Source of the DNA: the human T2T-CHM13v2.0 reference genome, Homo sapiens
DNA length: 64,000 nt
Reading direction: 5' to 3' (one strand)
Assembly: GCF_009914755.1 (NCBI RefSeq)
Contig: NC_060935.1
Every line of letters begins with the position of its first letter. Positions within the stretch are counted from its first letter, which is position 1. This document shows, piece by piece, positions 33,555 through 47,118 of this stretch. The translations under genes and the position numbers were made by a program. The notes under the pieces were generated by a model. The model saw nothing but the letters and a program-made list of their open reading frames with translations. It was not told the DNA's origin and searched no databases.

Positions 33555-34155
33555 AGCTGGGACATGTTTTAGCCACGGACTATATGCTCCCTAGGATTTC
33601 TGGGAATTGTAGTCCTTTTCCGTAAAGAGTCACCATGCGTCAGCTGAAAGAACCACATTTCCCAAGAATCCGTTCTCTCTGGGATGTGTAGCTTTGGAAA
33701 TCTGTCTTTGTTGCTCTGGGAGAGGGGACTCCTGGAATGTGTCTGTGAATAAAGACTAGCCGAAGGTGCGAAGTGACTAGACGGGAGCAAAGGAGGAAAA
33801 CTAGGGAATGGGAGGTGAGAGTGGCTGACACCGACCCAACGTCCGGGTTGCCGGAAGGCTGCAGCGCCCGGAGCGGTGTCGGGCAAACCGCTACCCTGGT
33901 ATTGCTGGAGCCTCTCCTGGGGACTTTTGAACAGGTGACCCGATAGGAAGCACAACTGCTTCTGTTGGAGTGCGGTTACCTGGAGACCGCAGTCTGAAGG
34001 GACTCCCGGCAGAGATGTCGTTACGGTGTCCTGCCTGTCTGGATGCTTAGGAGCGCGACTCAAAACTACACCCCTGACGACCCTGGAGGTGCTTGGGGCG
34101 GGAGGTTGAAGGGGGCACCGAGGTTACAAAAGCCGTGACTGTCTTACAGAACCGA
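33555..34155. promoter_or_regulatory. IFTAP: CpG-rich bidirectional IFTAP/NWC promoter inside the RAG2 intron, with ZNF143 (SBS) motifs
   Basis: Most CpG-dense non-repeat segment in the window. CTGGGAATTGTAGTC at 33600-14 is the reverse complement of GACTACAATTCCCAG; related motifs at 33578-94 (+), 33652-66 (+) and 33679-92 (-). Confidence 0.82.
33780..33934 (+). other. IFTAP: IFTAP exon 1 (non-coding), approximate
   Basis: Lies in the CpG island and ends at donor AACAG|GTGACC (GT 33935-36). An alternative donor GGAG|GTGAGA is at 33815. The start is uncertain. Confidence 0.55.
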
Positions 34156-34699
34156 AAGATGGATCTTTGAATCCCTAGAGTGCAGGGGAGACATTGCCTG
34201 TTAAAGATGTTTACCACTTCTACATTTAGTAATAGAAATACAGTTATTAGGTTTTAACGAGTGCACTTTGAAGGTCCTTTGTTTTCTTCACTGTTTTTAC
34301 TCCTGTTTTTAGGGTTCTTTTAGGGAAGCAGAGAAGGTTCCTAAACACATCTTCTTTTCATCTTCATTCTAGGAAAATAGAGTTAGTGGCTTTTTCACAT
34401 CTTTCCAGTCCAAGAACTTTTGGGTAATTCTTTAATAATTCTGTAGTAAGTAAGCAGGGACTAAGCATAGAAGTGTTTGAATTATTCAGGATTTCATACT
34501 TGTGTTACAACAAAAAGAATATTTACTAGATGAAGGAAGCTTGATAAATTTCTATTTTATTATTGTTTACCTTAGAGAGTTGTGGAATACACTCCGTGTT
34601 TGCAGTGTGATGTCCTGTGCACCAAATGTTAAAGGAAACAAAACATAGCACAGATTTCTTGACTTTTAAGAGTTAATTCTTAATATGCTTCAAAAGCAG

Positions 34700-34930
34700 T
34701 ATAAACAATGGCTGAGTGTGGACTCTGAATGCTTACTGGCTGGATTCAAATCCTGGCTCTGCCACTAACTACATGACTTTGGGCAAGTTATGTAACCTCT
34801 GTGTGCCTCAGTTTCCTCATCTGAAAACTGAGATAATAATTTTACCAACCTCATATATTGATGTCAGTTATGATTAATAGTTGAATATACGTAAAGTACT
34901 TAGAACAGGGATTTGCATATAGTAGACGAT
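34700..34930 (+). mobile_element. MIR SINE
   Basis: MIR core gggcaagttatgtaacctctgtgtgcctcagtttcctcatctg. Similar MIR remnants occur near 1.5-1.7, 6.3-6.5, 37.9-38.1, 49.8-50.0 and 61.7-61.9 kb. Confidence 0.75.
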
Positions 34931-37275
34931 AGTTATGATTATTTTAAAATTTACCAAAAATAAGGTCTAGTGCATACGCACCTGCCAGTAATGGCAGTTG
35001 ATAAGGTTGGAGAGGATGAGAAGGGGCTTTAGGATATGGGAATCAGGTCAGTGGGTATAGACAGATAAACATTTGAACTAAAAGAATTGGATAAACATAT
35101 ATGATGAGGGTGCTGGTAGTAGTTAATTTATTAACAGAAGATAGTTAATATTTTATTCTTCTTGTCACCCTTTGTCTAACTGGGGATAATCTTGGTATAT
35201 ATTCACTGGGCTGTTTTGAGAAATAAATGGGATAGCACGTGTAAATCACATAGAACAGTGCCTGGCACATAAACACTCAATAAATGTTAATTGATACTAT
35301 AATTTATCTAATTTATCTTTATTCCTCCTGCAAAGATTCCTTGGACTATTTAGAATCTCTGGTCACTCTAATGAGATGGTAGTGTTTTTTTTTTGTTTTT
35401 TTTTTTTTTTTGCTTTAAAGAACTTCTGTAGATTAGCTGTAATTTACTGCTAAATAATCTCTTGTAGTTATTATTTTCAGTCTACTTGGGAGACTCGTAA
35501 GGGGGTGATCTTTCAACAATTATCTGGTGGGTTATTAAAGCAGGTGAGGAAATGGTGTCTCAGAAGGATTATTATCAAAGTTATGAAAACAAGCCTGTCT
35601 CCCTCAGTTGTATATTCAGCAAACTGCCCTGCTTATAAAATAATCTAGGCAGTGTTTTATTTATATCATGGCCTACCCAAGCCTACATGAGGGAAGGCAT
35701 CTGAGCAACTATGAAAAATGCTATTCATAGAAACTAAAAGGAGACATTATTGACCCTCACTTCAGAAAACTGTAGGTGATTACACTCAGCCTGAGTGATT
35801 ATGATCAGAGAGTTGTCCCATTTTGGGTGGGGGGAACACCAAAGCCAAGGCCTGCTTGTTTCAAACACCTGTGATGACTGTTATTGAGATACAAGGCAAG
35901 CCATACAGTGGTAATGGATTCCAGATCCAAAGGGATTTTTCAAGAACAGTTGTTTTAAAGCAATGTTTTTATTGTCGCCTCTTGGTTTCATTTTAAGGTT
36001 GCTGTAGGAATTGTGGCTTCTCGTAAGTGAAAACATGATTATTGTAGATTACACAGAAACATTTTCTTGGGCAAGACATAAGGAGGATTGTCCATTTTTG
36101 TAGCTTAGTCTAGGCCCCTAAAGATTTTTGAAACAGGGCTTTTGACCTGTTTTCCCTTTGATGCTCTGCTTTTGGCTCATTTCATAATTTCAAGGCCCTA
36201 AAAACAGTGGTAAAGTTTCTTATTGCTAAGATGAATTACCTCCTCTTGTAACATGGTTCAAGTGTGAGTAATTAATTTTTAGATTACTCACTTTAACCAG
36301 ATGATGTATGCATTTAAAGAATAAACAGGAACATTGAAAGTGTTTTCACATGATTTTGCCACATTTGGTTTTTGAAATTTTGCTTTATCAACTTGAATAT
36401 ATTTTTCACTGGAGTAGACCATTGTATCTCTTCCATAGTTTCAATATGACTGTATTAGTCACACCTTGGTTTTTAAAAAGAGTTTTTAAATGATTATACT
36501 ATATCTAAAATAACCTACTGAAGTCTTTTCCTTTTAATAGGCTACATAAAAACAGGCAGATTTAAAAGAATAAGATCCTGTTCTTCAGCTGAGGGAGGCT
36601 TCAAGGTCAACACATTAAAGATTCTTTGTAAAGGACAGAAATATAGGACCAATAAATATATACAATTTTCCCAACCCCATGCTAACATTCTTCAGCAGGG
36701 AGATTTTCATTTATTCTCTCTGATGCTAGGGCATAGTTGAGTATAATGAAAGGACTCATAGTATGAGGTCTGGGTTTATAGTTCCTAATATCTGAACTGA
36801 CTTTTTCTTTTCCAAAGAAAGATACTGTACTGTGAAACATTAAATCTTGCTGATCCGTGCTGGCCATGTTTTCTTGATTGCTCCAGAGTAGCAAGTAACC
36901 TCATGTAAGTAACTTCAGGCATTTAATGTGTGAATAACAGTATCTTGCACTGTTAATCAGGTTTGAGGCATATATTATTTTATTTCTGCTGGCAGTAAAA
37001 CCAGGATTAGGTCTTCCTTCCTGTCTTAGGCCAGAGAACGATTTATGTACGAAGATTAATAATAGTGCTCTAAAGGCCTAATAATTAAATCCCTGAAGCA
37101 GCCAGAGAACAGAAAGCCCCACATTTTCCAAATTCTACTCATCCCTTCCCTATCTAGACACCAAATCCACTTGTGACTAACACACTGCCAAAATGTGGCA
37201 TCTTCATTCCCTTAAAGTTTACTAACATAGGCTCCCATTTTTTAGCTTTGGTAGAAATGAAGGTATCAGACCTAC

Positions 37276-37453
37276 CTGAAGGCCAGAGGGGCTGCTCACG
37301 CCTCTCTGAATCTTTGCCGCTAAACCAGGTATTAATTGTCAGCACTTGGGGAAGATTCACTGACTGCCCACTATGACTGTGGCAAGCAGAAGGCTGACTG
37401 TAAAGAGAGTGTGTATGTGTGCCTACAGATGTTCTTATGAACACTGATCTAAT
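37276..37453 (-). other. RAG2: RAG2 exon 1 (non-coding)
   Basis: Recognised RAG2 5'UTR with no minus-strand ATG; donor TTCAG|GTAGG with GT at 37275-74. The 5' end is approximate. Confidence 0.82.
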
Positions 37454-37600
37454 GGGAGTAACTGACTGTGACCTTTTTTTTTCTTTCTTTAGATGGTTGA
37501 GGGAGATACCCAACAGGGTGTACCCTCAGGATTTAACTCTTTCACTACTAGCAACAATGGCAACACAATTCACTATTTGTACAGATAAAAAGAAATCTGG
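37454..37600 (-). promoter_or_regulatory. RAG2: RAG2 proximal promoter
   Basis: Directly upstream of exon 1; Myb consensus TAACTG 37459-64 and GATA AGATAA 37583-88; no TATA box. Confidence 0.6.
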
Positions 37601-38123
37601 GCAAAACTTGATTTTTAAAAATTAAGAACATTTTAGAAAAACACAGAAGAAATACATATAGTTTCTATGGTTTAAATAAACACTATTTTGAATCAAATGA
37701 GAAAGTATTTGTCCTAAAGCAGAGACCACTAATACCAGTGCTATTCATTTTAACTTTGAGGTACTCTTTTGTGGTCTCATTTTCTTTAATGCAAGGCTCA
37801 GAAGGAAGGAGTTGTAATTATTCGAGGCCCTCTACCAACTTTATATCAGGCAGCTACTGAGTAATAATACAGTGTAATGATTAAGAAAATGGGCTTTTGG
37901 GGTCAAGCTCACCTGGTTTTCTTTGCCAGCTCTGCTATTTTTCAGGTAGTAGAGTCATCTTAATCCTTAAGCCTCTGTTTTTCAGGTAGAGTCATCTTAA
38001 TCCTTAAGCCTCTGTTTCTCTGTCTCTGAAATGAGGATAATAGAAATATTTACTTCAAAAAGTTGTCGGGAAAAGATTAAATGAGATAATGTATGCAAAG
38101 TGTTCAGCCAAGGAAGAGTTTAA

Positions 38124-38573
<450 letters not shown>

Positions 38574-39448
38574 TAATGATCAGAGCTAGGCAAATCTGGG
38601 TTTGAGTTTCAGTTCTGTGACCTTTTTGAGTGTCAGTTTTCTTATCTCTAAAATGGCAATAATAACTACCTTATTGTAAGGATTAATGGATTAAAATGTC
38701 TATAGAATGTACATAGTAAATCTTACCTAATGATGAAGATGTACATATATTACCTAAATATATTTGCATAAGTGACTAATTTTTTGCAAAATTTTAGTGT
38801 ATATTTTCAGGGTTGATTTTTTTTTAAACAGATGTATGTAGCTCAGTTGATTGGTTGATTCTCATCATTTGAAATGTCGATCCATCCTTAAAAAAGCATC
38901 GTCATCTCTTCTAGTTCCTTCTGTGATGATTTTTTTAATCTGCAAAAGGATATTGGGTTATTTCCCTAACCTATTTATGTGTTATATAAAGTGTTGTATA
39001 ATGATTAAGATACTTGAAATTACAGCAACCATAAGGACAACTGTCATAAAATTGATATATTGGATGTCTTCACTGTAAATACAAAATAAGAAATGCAAAA
39101 ATAGAAACCATGGATAGATTTAGATGTGTTTTAGCCTTTGGATTTTACTAACATCAAAAAACAGGCAATTTTTAGCATAACAATTAGTTGCTGAATGGGT
39201 TAGTTGTCTCTTGACAAGACTAGAAATTAGTAGCACATTTGAAAATGGGTTTTAAGACTCCAAGTCCTTGCTATACCATTAGGAGAGCATTAGACTTACA
39301 GTGATCTCATACAAGGTTCCTGATCTCCAAAAGTCCTCAGCATTGAAACTAAATATAAAATAGTAAACTATATTTATTGAGCATCTACTATGTACAAAGC
39401 CATGTGGAGAATTAGAAAAAAAATCAGACACAGGTCTTGCCCTTAAAG

Positions 39449-39787
39449 CAGGGGTTGCCAATCCCTGAGCCACGGACAGGTACGGTCAGCAGTCTGTTAG
39501 GAACAGGGCTTCACAGCAGGAGGTGAGCCGCAGGCCGGCAAGCCTTACTGCCTGAGCTCTGCCTCCTGTCAGATCTGCTATGTGGCATTAGATTCTCATT
39601 GGAGTGTGAACCCTGTTGTAAGCTGTGCATGTGAGGGAGCTAGGTTGTGAGTTCCTTATGAGAATCGAATGCCTGATGATCTGAGGTGGAATCGTTTCAT
39701 CCTGAAACTGTCCCCCTCACTCTGGTCCATGGAAAAATTGTCCTCCACGAAACTAGTCTCTGGTGCGAAAAAGGTTGGGAACTACTG
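39449..39787. mobile_element. MER1-type hAT/Charlie non-autonomous DNA transposon
   Basis: CAGGGG...CTG ends and perfect 8-bp TSD CCTTAAAG at 39441-48 and 39788-95. Confidence 0.88.
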
Positions 39788-40794
39788 CCTTAAAGAACAT
39801 ATATGATAGTAGAATGAAGCAACTTTTGGTTGCAGATGAACATGCCTTACATTCTTCCCACATTCAGCTTTTCTTAAAAGTTCTTCGAAGTTCATTAAGA
39901 AATCACAGTTATAAGTTGCTCAGCCCATTTTTAAGCCTTGAGGCAGAGTAAAACAGAGTAAACAACCTTTATCTTATGGGAAAAATAAAAACTTAGTAAT
40001 GGGATATCCTGGCCTAGTAATTGGACAAAAAAGGAAACATAATTGGAAAAAGAAGATGGAAGCCAACCTCAAGCCCCATCCCTTTATTTTTACATTCAAA
40101 CTACTCAGGATCAGAAAAGTTTACATAAATTGACAAGGGTAACACAGCTGCAGTGGTCTGTGGATATGATGGGTTGGAGGGAGGCAGAGGAGAAAGACTG
40201 TTCTGTGAACTCATGACAGTGCATTTCAAGAAATGTAGTGCATCTCTCAAGCGTTTCCATCCCCATTTTATAAATGGAGAAACAGCTTAAACTTCATTGT
40301 CTCTCAGTGAGTTAACAAGTGTTTGCAATAAGGTCAGTGGCAACTTTTCATAGCATTAGGATAAGCATAGACAATGATTAGTGTTTTACTAAGTGGCAGA
40401 TTTTTGAGGAAATAAGATAAATTGTGTTGGAAAGGTAGATGTTTGGCTCGTTGAATGAATTCCACAATAGGAGCCACAACTGAAACTGACAAAGAAAAGA
40501 GGAAGGAAGAGGAAATGTATAGAAGGAAGCAATTTACAGTTAGTATGATGTATTGTCAAGAGAAGAACATGACAAGTGACTTGACATTTTTTATTTAAAG
40601 CAATTAGTTAGATATGGCCACCTGACCAGAATGACTGGTATCGTCCTAAAAAATTTCATGATCTCTGATTTAAGGTGGATTCTTTTCTTGAAAACAAAAT
40701 AGAGAAAACATTTCAGAGGAGTTTTGCTAGAAAAATGTTCTTGCTAGAAAAAATTTACTGAAATACTTTATTTTTAGAGAAGGAAAGGAGTTAG

Positions 40795-41124
<330 letters not shown>

Positions 41125-42811
41125 TGATTCTTAATTTCTATCTTTGAGTATAGAAACCATATTGGCAAAAAGAAATTATATATATATGTGCATGTGTGTG
41201 TTATGTTTTGTACATTGAGGCAAAATTGCAAATAAAGTATTGAGTGAAATTGGAAACTGGGGAAGCATTGTATTACCTCTTATAGCCCATTTATTATTCC
41301 ACAGTCTTAGGAATTTATAATTCAAAATAGCTGGGAAACAAATCTAAAATCTTACTTCTTTTAAGAGAATGCCAAGTGAAATAGAGGTTGATTTTATTTG
41401 CAAGATCTGGTATTTTGAAACACTTAGAAATGAACTCCTAGGTGATTTAGTTCAGTTGGTCTACACCTGCTCCTAACCAGCTGTGTGGGTTTTGCTTTAG
41501 AGTAGGCTTCTTGGTATTGTTTAAAGTCCTGTGCATTGTGCAGGTGGCTAACAGGCTCAGGAAGTTGGAGAGAAGGGGACAACTTTAATTAAGAGTGGAT
41601 GCCTTTGTGTCATAGTATGCAGTATAAAGTAACCTTTAGTGGGACATTGTATCTTATATGAGGGTGGGATTAGGTTTGAGCTAATAAATCTTTTATGATT
41701 GAAATATTGTGTGATTATAGAGCTGTAAAGTTGACTCAGAAACCTTACTGCTTTATGGATTCACAGTTTTATCAGGAGTCTTGAAAAAAGTGTTCACTGA
41801 ATTACTCGCCGTTACTACCCATAACTCATTGATATAGTTGATAGCATTTCTGAGGCTAGGAGATCAGTTTTGGACATGGCTGAAATATGGGTATGGCAAA
41901 TTTTTCTTGATAAATGTCTAGAGGTCAGTTAGCGTGCTTATAGGAGTTTTGTTAGGGGGTGAAGATAGGGTGTTTACTTGTAATTCCACACAACTCTAAA
42001 TGATTAAAAAAAAACAAGCAAAAATGGTAGTGAAAAGGCATTCTTTTTGATTTCAAAAACAATGGATTTCCTGAGATTTGTCTTATGAGTATATCCTACA
42101 GATTCCATGTACACAGTTAATCTGTTTTTAAAAAATGATAGGGAGTGAGTGGGGAGAGTTCAAATGCTTAATTGGTTTGCATTTTTCTTTGTTTAAAAGA
42201 ATTAATAACTGTGTAATTGAAAACAATCTAATACTTAGGTGACCTGCCTCAGTGAGTCAATGCAGACATTTCTGGATTGACTTAAACAGCTAGGAGGAAG
42301 AGTATACTTGGGGAAATAAAATGGGTATTATACAATCTGCTGGTGAACAGAAGGGCTTAATGAATGATAGCCTCAAGAAACCTCATTAAAGTAGCTTGGG
42401 TGAATGAACAGGAAAGGGAAGCAAATTTTTCAAGAGGAAAGTTTCTGTTTATGCATGTAATATTATAGATTAGTATTAGTCTCTCTCCCAGAGCTTTCTG
42501 TTGGGGGAAAACAACACATCTGGTTCCAACATTCTTGGTAAACTTTTAGTGATAATTTTCTTTTCCTAAATATCTTTTGTTTTAATTGAGTTATCCTTCT
42601 TTTCTGTTTCCATCCCCCATTTTTAAGCTAAAAAAAATTATAGATTCACAAGATGAATTCACAGGAGGTTCCAAAGAGGTATATAGGGAGGGCCCATGCA
42701 GCCTTGGTCCAGGCTTCTGCAATGTTAACATCATGCATAAGTTTAGTATAACATAAAAATCTGAGTTATTGCTATTACAGAAACAGAGTATTGTATAGAA
42801 TATGTAAATTA

Positions 42812-43110
<299 letters not shown>

Positions 43111-45345
43111 GTCAATATGTAAATTATAAGTCTCTTTAGGGAAGGACCTAGATCTGTTTTTGTTAAGGCATCCTTTGTGCTATCTTTGTTTATAATCTGA
43201 ACCCACATTTTAAAAATTATATGCAGTTTTTAGGATGGATGTGCTCCCTTTTCCTTTAGGTGAGAATTTGTCAAGGGGAAATGTATAGCTATTAAGACAT
43301 ACTTCTATTACTGCTGCATGGAACGCAATTCATCTCTCTCTTAAAGCTTTGTAGTCAACAGTAATCCCCAAACCTTTCCTACCTCCTTCCAAATACTTCC
43401 TTTAATATTCACAGCAAAGGGCTATACCTAGGGCAATTTAATAATATATGGAAGTCTAGATGCTTATACTATCAACTTTTTTGGTGATAATGAAGAGGTC
43501 TATGCCTTTTACATGTTAGAAAAGGCTGTTGATAAAAGCTCATAACTTGAAGTGCAGCGTATACCTTGATGCTAGAATTGTATGTTTTTTATTTCATCCT
43601 GATGAAAAACAATAAAGGAGTGTAGGTTCTTTTCTGTTTTGTAAGAGATGTTTTGTTTTATATTCTGCTTTCCCTTTATTCCTTTTGTTTCTTCTTTTGT
43701 TTTCTCATTTGTATTGGTAGGTCTCTAATATATAATGATGTAATATGTGCTCAGCCTGTGGCCTTTTGAATGTTATTGGGGTATGGAACATAAATGGAGG
43801 CATGAATATACCTGCCAGGGTAAGATTGCTGCTTTGTGCTTAATTTCCTGATGGCTTCAGATACACTTTAAAGTTCATAATCATGAGCATCTCATGACTA
43901 TTTATGATGAGAGAACCACCCATTACTGCTCATCAATAGAGTCATTAGTTGACAGAAACCCCACATGAAGTTTCTTTCCCATACTCATTTATTCTCTATG
44001 ATTGGACTAGATAACCTTCAGGTTTCTCTCAAGTCACAGAATCTGAATTTCTCACTGGATGTTTTTCTTTCTTCTTGATATTATCTGAAAGACAAAAAAA
44101 TTAGAGGATGCAAAATTGTTGTAGTTCAGTCAAGGAAGAAGAAATCAGTTCATACTAGATCTGTTCTAATCACATCTGTGCAGCCTATTAAATCTCTGCA
44201 GTTAGAGTGCAGTTTGGTCTTTTGGAGATTTGACCATTTACACAAATATAAAAGGACACACACCTTGTGCAATTGTTGCAGTACAAATGTTGATGGTTTT
44301 ATTTCCTTAGGCAAAGTGATAATATTTTGATAATATCCCATCTTACCTTTCAGTATAGCAGTAGATTCTTACTGAGCAGAAGATTACCATTTTGAGTAAG
44401 TGGGCTTTGATAGACCTGCACAACTCTCAGAGTTTTTAACCACCTCCCCCCTGCCCCCCCACTTTTTTTTTTTGCAGACATATAACCCTAGTGCTGTTAA
44501 AAAGTACACTGTGCACTTTCAGAGAAGCAAGCTTGTGGTGATTTGCTTTTTTAGGTCTACTACTCTTGTGTCTGAAAGTTGCATTTTGTTTGAGTAAGTT
44601 CATTAAGCAGGGACCTGAAAGTAAACATCAAAGGTGTGCTGAATCAGTGGTGACAATTTCATGTATCATATTTCATAATAATGTTCTTTCAGAGAGCACA
44701 TAACATTAACTAGCTTAGGTGGTTGTTAGCTTCATTATTTGATAGCAGAAAACAAGACTTAAGGGAGGTTATATGATTTTTCTATCTCTCAGTGACTTGG
44801 CAAAAAGTGAACCCTATTCCTAACCAGGCCTGTGGTCTTCAAGTGAAGTGTAGTAGTCCATGGAGCAGTGCATGCTCCCTGTATTTCCTTCTGGGGGCCA
44901 TGATTGTGAAAGTGTTGCTTGTGATTTACCAGCAGATATTTATACACATTTACTTATCACAAGACGTTTTGAGTCTTTCATGTGGAGCTCAAAGCCTTAA
45001 AACATAAAAACCAAAGCAAAACAAAGAATTCTGTTATCTAGGCAAGTGTCTCTCTCTCTCTCCCCCTCTTTTTCTTTTAGAAAAATACTTCGTGATAAAA
45101 ACACAAAAGTATGTGAATGGTAATTGAAAATGCATTGCTTCCTTTTAGAAACCCACTAGGATTTGCATAAACCACTTGGCTGTCTGATAAGTCATTATCT
45201 GTTCTGTCAGTCCCTGGGGACTTTTAATATTAGGTTTATATTTTTATAGAAAAGGCAAGTTCTAAATTTGAAGATGGGTATTGTTAAACTCTTCAATAAT
45301 GACAGTTTGTGAAACTGCATGTTCCAAAAGTCCTTTAAAAAGTCA

Positions 45346-45635
<290 letters not shown>

Positions 45636-46844
45636 AGTCAATAAAAACATGTCATCTCTATATTGGGATAACCACACAAATAAAATTAAAGGCCTAGAAG
45701 GATTTTGAATTTGTGCTGGCACAATCTGTTAATTGTTTGCTTTCAGTACTACTGAGATGTGTTGGATAATGCTCAAAATATGCCAGTTTAAGAAGTGGAA
45801 AAGAAGGTTAAAGGAATTTCTATTAACACTCTTAAAGCATTATGAGAAGACATTTACAGGAATGGAAACCACAACCTGGCTGCATCTGTTTGGTATTTGT
45901 TTGCTGAAGTAACTTACAAAGATGATTTTAAAGAAGAGATTGATAAAATAAAATGTTGAAATTTTTCTAGGCTCCAATTCTGGAAAAGCAGATTGACGTT
46001 GAAATTCTTGTAATAAAGTATACATCCTACTGTAGTGAAATAATAGCCACCTTTGAGTTTACTTATCATTATTTACTGTCTAGCTACTGCAAACACAGTT
46101 TATTCAGCTTTGCATTGCTAAAGCCTGGTGGTGTTACAAGTAAATGTGCATAAGCCATAACCAGTGCTTTTTCGTGTATCTAATTTTTTCAGGTACAAAT
46201 AGCTTGAAACAGTTTCTTTTGTTTTAAGTTGATACCCAGCTACACTTTTAATTTTCACTCAATCCTCTACAACTCTATGCTTTATCTGGGGTTGTAATAC
46301 ATGAGGAATTATCTTGATTTATCTTTAGGTAACATCGCTGCCTTCAAAGTTGAGTGGGCACAGTTATAACAGGTCTTTGTGTAGGCAAAGGACAGAATAT
46401 TAAGACTGATCCATCATCATCATCATCATGGCTAACATTTTTTGAGATGCCATGCGTACTCGTTTAATTTTCATAGTAATCTTGTGAGGCATGTGTAGTT
46501 TCACGATTCTTTATTTAAACCCTCAGGGTCAGATGTGCTTCAGAATTCAGAACTTTTTGGAGTTTAGAAAGGTAATCAGTGCGTGTGCCATATATTATAC
46601 AAAATCTCTAGGCTGGTTCTGGGAAAGCACCTTATATGCAAGCATATTGGTATTTCTACAGGGAAATATATGAATAGTAACGCTGAGTAGAATAAAAGGC
46701 ATAAGTACTCTCATGTTAATTCAATCAGGTCTTGTCCCCAAATGCATTTGGGCATTATCTTATGAATTTTTTTTTTTCCTGAGCTTTTTGGTATTTTGGA
46801 ATTGAGGTTAAGGAAATACAGACCTGTACAGTTGTAATCCCCCC

Positions 46845-47118
<274 letters not shown>

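Noticed and set aside
33569-34063. 164-aa minus-strand ORF in the CpG island
   Set aside because: TTG start, GC-rich stop-poor sequence and no recognisable protein.
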